From a virus: a DNA stretch of 64,000 bases. The position numbers and the translations under genes are program-made. Position 1 is the stretch's first letter; the number at the start of each line of letters is the position of its first letter. Where the stretch lies: positions 26,301 through 90,300 of IMG/VR virus record IMGVR_UViG_3300006793_000018; one strand, given 5' to 3'. This document shows, one piece after another, positions 28,701-35,112 of this stretch. The notes under the pieces are model-generated. The model made no database searches. It was given only the letters and a program-made list of their open reading frames with translations, and was not told where the DNA came from.

Positions 28701-30279
28701 GTCAGGAACCTTGGCAGATCTAACTGGGGCAACTGTATCCGATTATGTTGGCATGACTTGGTATTACACAGATGTTTCGTCCTTAACTGAGGTGGGGACT
28801 CTCTTTGATGCAAGAAGTACGGTGAGGAAACAGGTGGTTGCACCTTCTTTCATCGACAATGCAGTTGTTGTATCAAAAATCCAAAGACACACATGGCCGT
28901 TTTACAATCGAGAGAAGAATACAGTGGAAAAAACAACGCTCTCATTCCAAGGATTACTGCATTACGAACCGTCCGATTTCGTCATGGCTCAACAAAATTC
29001 ATTCTCCTTAACCAACGGTAAGGATCGGGGCGTCATTCAATCAAAGGGTGAAACTCAAAGGATCAAACATGATGGACTAAATATCAATGAATCTCAATTC
29101 CCTCCGCATGTTATCGATGGCAACAGAAACAAGTGGACGGTTGCCAGTGTCAAAAACGATTTAGACACCGACTACATGTCCTTTAATGACCTAAGCGAAA
29201 AGAATTTGAAAGATTCTGGCATCGATATTTCCAACCTTCGAGGAGTTCAGTTAGGAAACATAGGTATGAGAAGCACCGATGCAGCAATGAGATTATTGAA
29301 TGACGCTGGAGGCGACTTTGCCGGTATTCGATTAGCAAAACCAGATCAGGTATCAGTTGGCAACAAAATCAACAAAAACACAGACTCTCATCCGATATTG
29401 AAAGAGCGAAATCAACACAGTGACATATTTGTATCGAGAGATGCAAGAGGTTTGAACACTATGGATGTGATCCGAAATCTCTCTCAAATCGATAATCGTC
29501 AAATAATCAATTACCGAGCAGGTCAACTTGTTTATTCCGACAAGGTGTTTGACGATACAGGTTTGAGTTTAGGTGTGGAAAATGGAGCCGAAGACATCAT
29601 CGTTAGTCGTTTGTTCGATTCACCAAACGAAATTGTGATCGTAGGGGATGTGATTTCTGGAAATGAGATTGTGTTTGTTCGTATTCAAGACAGTGAACGA
29701 ATTAGGGAATCTGCGGCTAACGGAGAAGAAGGTTTGGTCAAGACATTGCGTCAACAGATACCTGGTTTGAAGACAGTGAAGGAAGCAAGATCCATCGCAA
29801 AGGCTTTGCTCTCCCGTGTTGAAAATGGTGCGCCGATGATACGAATAAGAGGTTTAATGAATGCCACATCGGTTTCAGCAGGTGATCTTATTTCAGTGAA
29901 TCTTCCAACTCACGGAGTTGTCGGAAAGTTTGCTGTGTTTGAAGCAGAGCATACTCATTCCACTGGTAAAACAAATCTTGTGATTGCACAGTATGAGAAA
30001 GGTATCGAAGGAATACTCGCAGATCTTCGTACAGAATCTGTTGTGGTCAGTGGATTGAACAGTTCATCAGCAGATGAAAAAGACATCAAAAACATATCGA
30101 TGTCCACATCTATTCAAATCGTTGCAGTTCATCGACTATCTGTGAGGAACACAAATAATACAGGTTTTGTGATAGGTGCAAAACACAAAAACGGCCTTGG
30201 AAGCATAGGTGTTCGGGATAATAACAAAAGGGGTGTACCCCTCGGTTCAAGCAAGAGCCGTAAGTACGTGGTGAAATGA
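22753..30279 (+). CDS. Giant tail protein (2508 aa) with internal LamG domain and C-terminal Tal/hub-like region
   Basis: SLWLKAD...DSSGN...QIAEIILYPRALTTDEIKEVESYLSRKY; C-terminal NEIVIVG...ARSIAKALL...VSAGDLISVNLP. Confidence 0.7.
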   Translation: MADVFPRSFYPAKYRLMGKTADGMPKSGIMSMHITYPDTEYDHEDIEDWESGVNSTDWRQGVTVLIRTNLAAASSSIAEAKNVIAVDLKQQRIDHASAVHTYDLGTEEATRFIAAKINSRRIKMVGERDKTSYLKARYVRQSMDQKYKIESLTYFSGSSVIAKIKTLGSTGFPTEMIGHYQLRIDGTGGGSKYLNIGTYDLSAIPTLLYRSGNYSYVTFSSTGYTFTGSPSAGDSLSSVGVSLTTDVGATHTVVLAWQKITPHSYWSEANLGPVVQGVGSIGLHKFVAKPMDGGNMGLPATNHHTKNGREAVAFTTGNGYNRFSIEGLNSCNMPSIPPPDYHITSPHIEGITSLHPNTISDIASNQLRIERLEGGVELPVVSTSHKIALENGYEGSFSSATTASIYKDGADPHLTNFSMATIHQTHGIKDSNQEAYARPFRMTGTTNENRVTGLNISNEERVFDDIEVLDGQGNKLVLKGKSPWGTIIRDFTFSNERENPLTGLVEVGPSSPGGNLTPNLKIQLPSQDDIPGGIFVRSGHDRVQAWSDKTWGMGGLSAPNPRKAGVAENSNETSQFDTHDRMLIFHCQRILHDKLEQYHGLNLRAEDGGARSGQTRLFASHRISDHAERGSVLKQTNNGVETGNLIPHHRIRFARYGHSFVSPTLHRGTPMSMRRQLHRSHGSAYSLMFEGETEYKHHGFGSGDNTNSATVFELDTLEAKVSSSYATGSFAGDGIPLSELKGMRLPDVDGSYTSVNHRNCLDYLFAPGQEHTKAEGISQSVEFALASASLSGSKSATRLTVQGGTLTENNRFGTANEFMINGFMLNQYLGMGGRLEPIRKLSADSTGNWFVRGFAEGVIRPRVATELATVPPLFAHDPELLNMNAAPVSLSNTVPSTSFNKPSDADHGLIKDADTFSGAKPDAFLCNWLAEYSHPSLFGTSREHFLMFRYREAGMPRSRDYPAVNGLFLRNASHPTTDAQPLKSSAFERLYIAQWLQNWGFNGLNASGHGNIEGLRGAGAVRMGHSTIREASGTLRLRSENSNGNRFSRGEGIGDGIDPTKEIGVVMGIDKDTDNEDFNKQFFTFQPCVAIDVSRRLPVRSWGFRTGSDALNMLAGDPNEADAGNSQAMLNSGRFDGGIHDSVQDLASPFSISDGIDWGNYGTTLGIERSVPVGFVANDFTVEAMKDERNIRQSNELLSPNEKIGIGNRVGITQNGMLSPHVMASGGWDYELDDTRPTELPISGASLWLKADALDLQDGDAITSWIDSSGNDIEFVQATASAQPTFVKSNANFNNMPVVDCDGNDKLLSAAGYLESLNTAQFTLFAVACSDTDDNSYQGIISSRRAPVGSPSRQGFNLYAKWSGTDQWGFWWGQNTGWGQLYTSSVENRMNVGIPDVVACVMSGGDGAGATAAQTLRVNGCQEATATNAFWRMTAGQTSIANVPSPYFLQGQIAEIILYPRALTTDEIKEVESYLSRKYDKKFTATASPHPALYYDLNTKPLNKGTDPWIDLQQWTGSASYDQTLSPSAKIAQTTDFVTGSQFYHLRGNALHTNMRPITKTLGTYSYPPNGQSQISGSSLTVNEAMPLLTSEISDIRQIQSRAEPRLGLVMEVESERIENKKVQYGVVGTRSVSLHSDLMLGYHFPVLPSHQIKSQLQLEGFTVDGAGTATAEKDFTTKPTWSPDSNASKGAIVLTGDSVRMDHKTHALDAWAVRGSADLPAWGGVYILRKTYISRNGEDTMKSQVDSNTGKAVASHPVRKYVDYIVRPVRPLKLFAFASDLLQDGFVLGPRASLSGTYDKYGSQIFTRDKRYGIFEMNADRDLGEVEPITSAEGSFEISYPDFNEFDVVWHLIPSANMLQFAKSDAHRISNDEIMQPSIEPRYSQSSHVGGGGKISQSETLYDTSKGIMGDHAIHSKDGEISQSQDALRLYPRVKVMTNKGANVYSLDDASVLPKGGGKIFALNHSGVLTYSSIEGDDITISSGTLADLTGATVSDYVGMTWYYTDVSSLTEVGTLFDARSTVRKQVVAPSFIDNAVVVSKIQRHTWPFYNREKNTVEKTTLSFQGLLHYEPSDFVMAQQNSFSLTNGKDRGVIQSKGETQRIKHDGLNINESQFPPHVIDGNRNKWTVASVKNDLDTDYMSFNDLSEKNLKDSGIDISNLRGVQLGNIGMRSTDAAMRLLNDAGGDFAGIRLAKPDQVSVGNKINKNTDSHPILKERNQHSDIFVSRDARGLNTMDVIRNLSQIDNRQIINYRAGQLVYSDKVFDDTGLSLGVENGAEDIIVSRLFDSPNEIVIVGDVISGNEIVFVRIQDSERIRESAANGEEGLVKTLRQQIPGLKTVKEARSIAKALLSRVENGAPMIRIRGLMNATSVSAGDLISVNLPTHGVVGKFAVFEAEHTHSTGKTNLVIAQYEKGIEGILADLRTESVVVSGLNSSSADEKDIKNISMSTSIQIVAVHRLSVRNTNNTGFVIGAKHKNGLGSIGVRDNNKRGVPLGSSKSRKYVVK

Positions 30280-30280
30280 T

Positions 30281-30622
30281 ATGCCTGTTCTCGACCCCCT
30301 CAAAGCCGCTTTGACCGATCACCTTCAAACGCTGATCAAGAATTGCACATTGGGTTCGTCTGGATCCAAAGCATCAAGCAGAGACAGTGGGGCAGGAAAT
30401 ACTCAACTGAATAAAAATGTTGAGATTCAAAGAATCGATGATCGAACCATCTCAATCAATGCTTTTTTTGATTCTCAGCAAGCATCGGCTCAACCAATCC
30501 AAGAAGTTGTTTTGCACGGAACAAATGCCCTCGACGCACCTGCATTCCGAACGACGTTTGTCCCGATCCAAAAAAATACAACGAACGAGGTTCGGATTGA
30601 AATTTTGATGGAGGTTCGATAA
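30281..30622 (+). CDS. Putative baseplate/tail-fibre-attachment small protein
   Basis: LGSSG...IQEVVL...RTTFVPIQKNTTNEVRIE resembles tail-collar/baseplate small proteins. Confidence 0.45.
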   Translation: MPVLDPLKAALTDHLQTLIKNCTLGSSGSKASSRDSGAGNTQLNKNVEIQRIDDRTISINAFFDSQQASAQPIQEVVLHGTNALDAPAFRTTFVPIQKNTTNEVRIEILMEVR

Positions 30623-30840
30623 TGACTGAAACATTTGAGATGGCATGGGAATTGATGAAAAGCGACGAGAAGGGCGACAACGCCCCAACCAACCCAGGTC
30701 TCTGGTCGCAAGCCAAATCAAAGGCTCGATCCAAGTTCAAGGTGTACCCTTCGGCCTACGCCAACGGTTGGGCTTCTAAGTGGTACAAGTCCAAAGGCGG
30801 CGGCTGGAAGAAAAAGTCAAAGGGAGGCAAAAAGAAATGA
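30622..30840 (+). CDS. Small basic protein with N-terminal AWELMK leader
   Basis: MTETFEMAWELMKS...PTNPGLW...FKVYPSAYANGWASKWYKSKGGGW. Confidence 0.7.
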   Translation: MTETFEMAWELMKSDEKGDNAPTNPGLWSQAKSKARSKFKVYPSAYANGWASKWYKSKGGGWKKKSKGGKKK

Positions 30841-30878
30841 CTCACGAAGCACTTGAGAAAGCATGGGAATTGATGAAA
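30643..30878 (+). repeat. 18-bp exact direct repeat GCATGGGAATTGATGAAA (30643-30660 and 30861-30878) encoding AWELMK
   Basis: Seen directly at the 5' ends of two adjacent unrelated genes. Confidence 0.9.
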
Positions 30879-31046
30879 GAACGATACACAGGAATGGATG
30901 GCAACCGAACACGTGAGAGGCGTGGCAAATGCTCCGAATGTGGTGCAAAACAGACTTGGGATCCATGTGGTCTTTTGGTACATAGCCCAAGACACTCTGA
31001 TCATGCCTATGCGTTTGAATGCCCCAATTTCCAATACACGGAATGA
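30837..31046 (+). CDS. Small Zn-finger protein with N-terminal AWELMK leader (start corrected to ATG 30837)
   Basis: ATGA overlap with the upstream stop; MTHEALEKAWELMKE...CSEC...C...H..H...C. Confidence 0.65.
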   Translation: MTHEALEKAWELMKERYTGMDGNRTRERRGKCSECGAKQTWDPCGLLVHSPRHSDHAYAFECPNFQYTE

Positions 31047-31052
31047 TTCACC

Positions 31053-31673
31053 ATGATCAACGCCCCCATCTCGGATCTTATCGAAAAAGACTTGAGGCGT
31101 TGGTTCAAAGAAAAATGGGTTGACGTTTCTCGCAAGGATAAGGATGGCAAGCATCCTCCTTGTGGACGTGGCGAAGCAAAGACGGATAGTAAGGGCTATC
31201 CAAAATGTCGTCCTTCAAAGAAGGTTTCTTCCAAAACCCCTAAAACAACGAGGGGTATGAGCCAATCGGACAAGAAAGCGGCTACGCGCCGTAAGCGATC
31301 CAAACCCCAAGGAGTAGGAGGGAAACCAACCATGGTCAAAGCGTTTAGATGTGAGTGTGAAAGTTGCGATTTGCTGTCAAAAGCAATGATCTCAAAGGCA
31401 AAGAAAAATTCCAAGCCATTCCATGGCTACAACCCAAACCGACATAGCAGAAAGGGCGGTTTGAACGCAAAGGGACGGGCAAAGGCCAAGCGTGAAGAAG
31501 GCGCAAATCTCAAACCACCTGTCACCACCAAGCCAAGCAAACTCAAGGCTGGATCAAAGAAGGCTAAGAGGCGTAAGTCCTTTTGCGCCCGAATGAGTGG
31601 AGTCAAAGGTCCAACCAGTAAAGGTGGAAAAATGACTCCAAAGGGTGCGGCATTGAAACGGTGGAATTGTTGA
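31053..31673 (+). CDS. Highly basic two-module protein
   Basis: LRRWFKEKWVD..CGR..YPKCRP module and GGLNAKGR..NLKPPV..RRKSFCARM..ALKRWNC module; very Lys/Arg-rich. Confidence 0.65.
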   Translation: MINAPISDLIEKDLRRWFKEKWVDVSRKDKDGKHPPCGRGEAKTDSKGYPKCRPSKKVSSKTPKTTRGMSQSDKKAATRRKRSKPQGVGGKPTMVKAFRCECESCDLLSKAMISKAKKNSKPFHGYNPNRHSRKGGLNAKGRAKAKREEGANLKPPVTTKPSKLKAGSKKAKRRKSFCARMSGVKGPTSKGGKMTPKGAALKRWNC

Positions 31674-31674
31674 T

Positions 31675-32811
31675 ATGTCGAACACTAATTTGGCAGAAGG
31701 CCATGAAAAGACCGCATCGTCAACATATCAAAACGATGGACTCCGTGACACCGATGTTCTTGCCAGTCCATCTTTGACCAACTTTGTTGAGAACGGTTTA
31801 GGGAACGGGATTATCCCAATCACCCTAAACAGATACGATGAAAGCGACCGAAACAATCCGATCAGCGGAAATGGGTGTGTACGTCCAAACGGCACGTTAG
31901 GATCGACAAAGGAATTGTATGTGGACACTGGTGTTGCCCAACTTGACGGTATGTTTTATGACATTGGATCGGGATCGGTTTTAGACATCGGTGCTACAAC
32001 AAACTATCACTCTTCATACCATGGCGCAGCGATACCAAATGGAACAAACCCAGGGGATGAAGCAATACTCCTGGTTTATGTCGATCCTCGTCTTCCTAAC
32101 AATGTTGGATTCGTTTATGGATCATATGTCGATACTGCAACCGGCTTGTATCCAAGTTCTCCGAGTGCAGAGTTGGTGAGGCAGAACACCATATTGGCAT
32201 CTGTTCGAGTTGGCAAAGGAGCAAGCAATCCCGTGATACATGCAATTGAAGATAAGAGGTCATTCATTCGCCCAGGTCCCGTTCCATTGTCAGCCATGGA
32301 ACATAGCGATGGAAGTAAATCTGGGACGAGAAATGATTTCGTCGCTGGACTTAATGCAGCAAACCTTCCCATCCCCAACTTAGGCGTAATTTATGCCCGC
32401 GATCCTGATGGATTTGTTCAATATCCTCAAGGTGCTGGTCAAACGCATTTATTTTTCCAATCCGATGTATCGCTTGGACGGCCATTTGGAGGAGGCGGAG
32501 AATATCAAATCACGCCAATACATCGGACAAGTAAGACCCCTCTAATTGCTTATCCGCCAGGGCATCCACTTGATCTTAGGTGGGGAGTGGATCTTAAATT
32601 TGGGCCTTTGGTAAGTGAAGAAGACGGATTAACTTCGCTCGTTTGGGTTGATTGCTATGGAGCGGCAGGTGAATCGCTTGGAAGTTTGGCTGAAAACCTT
32701 CACTATAACGTTGGTTCGAGATTATCCCTGCCCGATCCTTTGTCATTGCCCCCCCCGTTAGATCAATCAACACAAGTCGTCATAACCTATGTTCACGCTT
32801 CCCACGTATGA
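31675..32811 (+). CDS. Hypothetical virion structural protein
   Basis: 378 aa Gly/Pro/Asn-rich; ILASVRV...IEDKRSFI pattern seen in tail-associated proteins. Confidence 0.5.
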   Translation: MSNTNLAEGHEKTASSTYQNDGLRDTDVLASPSLTNFVENGLGNGIIPITLNRYDESDRNNPISGNGCVRPNGTLGSTKELYVDTGVAQLDGMFYDIGSGSVLDIGATTNYHSSYHGAAIPNGTNPGDEAILLVYVDPRLPNNVGFVYGSYVDTATGLYPSSPSAELVRQNTILASVRVGKGASNPVIHAIEDKRSFIRPGPVPLSAMEHSDGSKSGTRNDFVAGLNAANLPIPNLGVIYARDPDGFVQYPQGAGQTHLFFQSDVSLGRPFGGGGEYQITPIHRTSKTPLIAYPPGHPLDLRWGVDLKFGPLVSEEDGLTSLVWVDCYGAAGESLGSLAENLHYNVGSRLSLPDPLSLPPPLDQSTQVVITYVHASHV

Positions 32812-32820
32812 GGCGGTAAA

Positions 32821-33027
32821 ATGTCAAGAGCATATCGAGACAAGGTTAGCCAAACGTGCGAAAAATGCAACGCTGATGTTCTCGCTGTACGCATAAACGG
32901 TTTCTATGCGGGAAGTAGGGACAGAATGTTCTTGTGGGAATGCCCTTTGTGTGAGCATGTATGGAAGAAGCCTGTGCCGCTGATTCAACCTATCCCTTCG
33001 ATCAATGGGGGTTTATTGCATGACTGA
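32821..33027 (+). CDS. Small Zn-ribbon protein
   Basis: CEKC...WECPLC; SD GAGGCGGT. Confidence 0.65.
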   Translation: MSRAYRDKVSQTCEKCNADVLAVRINGFYAGSRDRMFLWECPLCEHVWKKPVPLIQPIPSINGGLLHD

Positions 33028-33265
33028 GGCATTTGACCAAGCATGGGACTCCATCGTCAAAGGACGCTTTCGAGGATACACCCGTGCAAACATCGGAGAT
33101 CGTCCAGTACGAGCAGGAAAAGCCAAGGCATGGAGTCAAAGTCGAAAGGTCAAACGTGGCCGTACTGCAAGGCGGTACAAAAGAAACAAATCCAGAGGAA
33201 CTGTGCGACCTGCCATGCGTAGGCAGTTAGGCGCAGGTGGCAAAAGAGCCTCAACAAAGAGATGA
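33020..33265 (+). CDS. Small Arg-rich protein with N-terminal AFDQAWDSIVK leader (start ATG 33020)
   Basis: MTEAFDQAWDSIVKG followed by a protamine-like basic region. Confidence 0.65.
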   Translation: MTEAFDQAWDSIVKGRFRGYTRANIGDRPVRAGKAKAWSQSRKVKRGRTARRYKRNKSRGTVRPAMRRQLGAGGKRASTKR

Positions 33266-34452
33266 TTGAGATGAACGATGATGTCTTTGAGGAAGTATTT
33301 GAGGCACTTCTCAAAGCAGCAGATCGGCTCAATTTTGCTGAACTCTTCGCAGGTTTAGGCGGTTCCTCCCTGATTGAGTTTTTGGGCGAAGGAGGATGGG
33401 GAGGAGCAGCAAAGAAACGAGGACACAATGTCCAAGCATACGAACTGGATCCATCATTGAAACAAGGAGATCCAAATTATCACATTCGAGATGTCATGGA
33501 CATGAATGCAGAAGAGATCATGGATGACTTCGATTGGGAAGGCATCGACGCTGGTGTCGCTTCCTTTCCTTGCAAAGCATTCACTACTGCATCAGGAAAC
33601 AAAGGATGGATTTGGGATAAAAGGTGGATGGATCAGTATTCCGATTTGACAGGGAAGGATTGGGATGAAACCAAATCAACTGGTTGGCATTGGGATCGGG
33701 TCAAACCCCACTACAACAAGAACAGAGGCCAAGGATCCAAATTGGGATTCTCAGGCAACGTTGCAGCCTCAAGCCCAGACTCGTATGAGCGTGATGAATT
33801 AGGACGATATTTGGATATGCAAGGCAAACCAATGATGACTCGAAGAGGAGGAAAACCTGTACCGATGGGCGACGAACAGATCCAGTCGGCCATTGATCGA
33901 CGCGAATTGGGAATGAGTTTATTGACTCAATCTCGCAAATTGTTTGATGACCTAAAAAGTTTGAATCCTGATATGTATCAAGTGTATGAGAACCCTGCGA
34001 CGGGCAGGGCAAGATACACGAACGAATTATCGGATCTCCCAATGAAAACCATCGATGCAGCAGCATATCGAGATCCCGCGCACTCTAACCTCTTTGGACT
34101 TCCTCGAAACGAAAATCTGTTTGAGATGACCCCAGGTTCGCTTCCTGCTTTGAAACCAACGGATCTGTTTGGACATTTCCCCGACACCTTTGTTCCACGA
34201 CCACGATTGCCTCGAAGTCTCAGTGGTAAGTTCTATGAAAAGGCTCCACGTGGATCGAAGTCAGGTATTCAAGGCGTAGGAGATTTGCCAGCAAATACCC
34301 TCTTCCCTGGAAGCCCAACCATTGACAAATTCCATTTGCGATCAGTCATTCCCTATTGGCTCGGTCATGACTTTATTCAATCAGTTGAAGAAGCCCAAGG
34401 CGTCAAACCTCAATCTCCAGTAATTTCCGACGTCAAATTGCCAATGCTTTGA
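33262..34452 (+). CDS. C5-cytosine DNA methyltransferase-like protein (divergent), last gene of the virion arm
   Basis: Motif I ELFAGLGG, motif II AYELD, motif IV SFPCKAF, motif VI VYENP, KPTDLF, RSVIP; long insertion between motifs IV and VI. Confidence 0.75.
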   Translation: MIEMNDDVFEEVFEALLKAADRLNFAELFAGLGGSSLIEFLGEGGWGGAAKKRGHNVQAYELDPSLKQGDPNYHIRDVMDMNAEEIMDDFDWEGIDAGVASFPCKAFTTASGNKGWIWDKRWMDQYSDLTGKDWDETKSTGWHWDRVKPHYNKNRGQGSKLGFSGNVAASSPDSYERDELGRYLDMQGKPMMTRRGGKPVPMGDEQIQSAIDRRELGMSLLTQSRKLFDDLKSLNPDMYQVYENPATGRARYTNELSDLPMKTIDAAAYRDPAHSNLFGLPRNENLFEMTPGSLPALKPTDLFGHFPDTFVPRPRLPRSLSGKFYEKAPRGSKSGIQGVGDLPANTLFPGSPTIDKFHLRSVIPYWLGHDFIQSVEEAQGVKPQSPVISDVKLPML

Positions 34453-35108
34453 ATTGGAATCCTCACCTTTTTGTTTGTACGGTGATCACGAACCAGTATT
34501 TGTGGGCGTCGGAAAATACGATGCGCTAATTCAGCACACCAAACTGCTTCCGTTTTCAACTTCTTTATCCCCTTTCTTCTTTGACCATAATGCCATGAAT
34601 GAATCATCTTCATATGCGTAAATCCAATCAAATCTGCAACATTTATTGAGTTCTCACAAGCATTCCAAAATGCTAACTGAAAGAGTCGGAATCGTTTTCC
34701 TCCTTCCCCGCTGTGTTTTTCGTATGCTTTGAACGATTCCTGCAAAATATCGTAATACTCAACATTTAGTTCAAAATCCTCTTCTGCATTGAGATATTCC
34801 TCTAACAATGGAATCCCAAACTTTTCCAAATCATAGCCTACTAAAAACGAGTCTTGGATGAATTCTTTCAATTCCCAAAGAGGAAGAGGGTTGGTCTTTG
34901 TGTTGTCTTCAAGAACATACGATACATCTGCCTTTCCTTTATCGGAAAAGACATGAAAACGATCATTTTTCCAGATCACAACTGCGGCTAAATTGAACCT
35001 TGAAGGAACGCTATAACCTGTCACCAAATCACTTGCGTCGGTATCCGAAAAAATCGCAATAGGTACAATCTTTTTCTTCGATAAAAATTTCTTAGTTTTC
35101 TTCTTCAT
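34410..35108 (-). CDS. RNase H-fold (YprB/DEDD exonuclease-like) protein, probably degenerate
   Basis: FLVGYDLEKFGIPLL and YYDIL..RFRLFQLA resemble the GYN..FD.P.L and D..L segments but acidic catalytic residues look substituted. Confidence 0.4.
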   Translation of the reverse strand: MKKKTKKFLSKKKIVPIAIFSDTDASDLVTGYSVPSRFNLAAVVIWKNDRFHVFSDKGKADVSYVLEDNTKTNPLPLWELKEFIQDSFLVGYDLEKFGIPLLEEYLNAEEDFELNVEYYDILQESFKAYEKHSGEGGKRFRLFQLAFWNACENSINVADLIGFTHMKMIHSWHYGQRRKGIKKLKTEAVWCAELAHRIFRRPQILVRDHRTNKKVRIPIQSIGNLTSEITGD

Positions 35109-35112
35109 AAAA

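Noticed and set aside
15516-30279. Diversity-generating retroelement acting on tail adhesins
   Set aside because: No reverse transcriptase and no template/variable repeat pair noticed in this window
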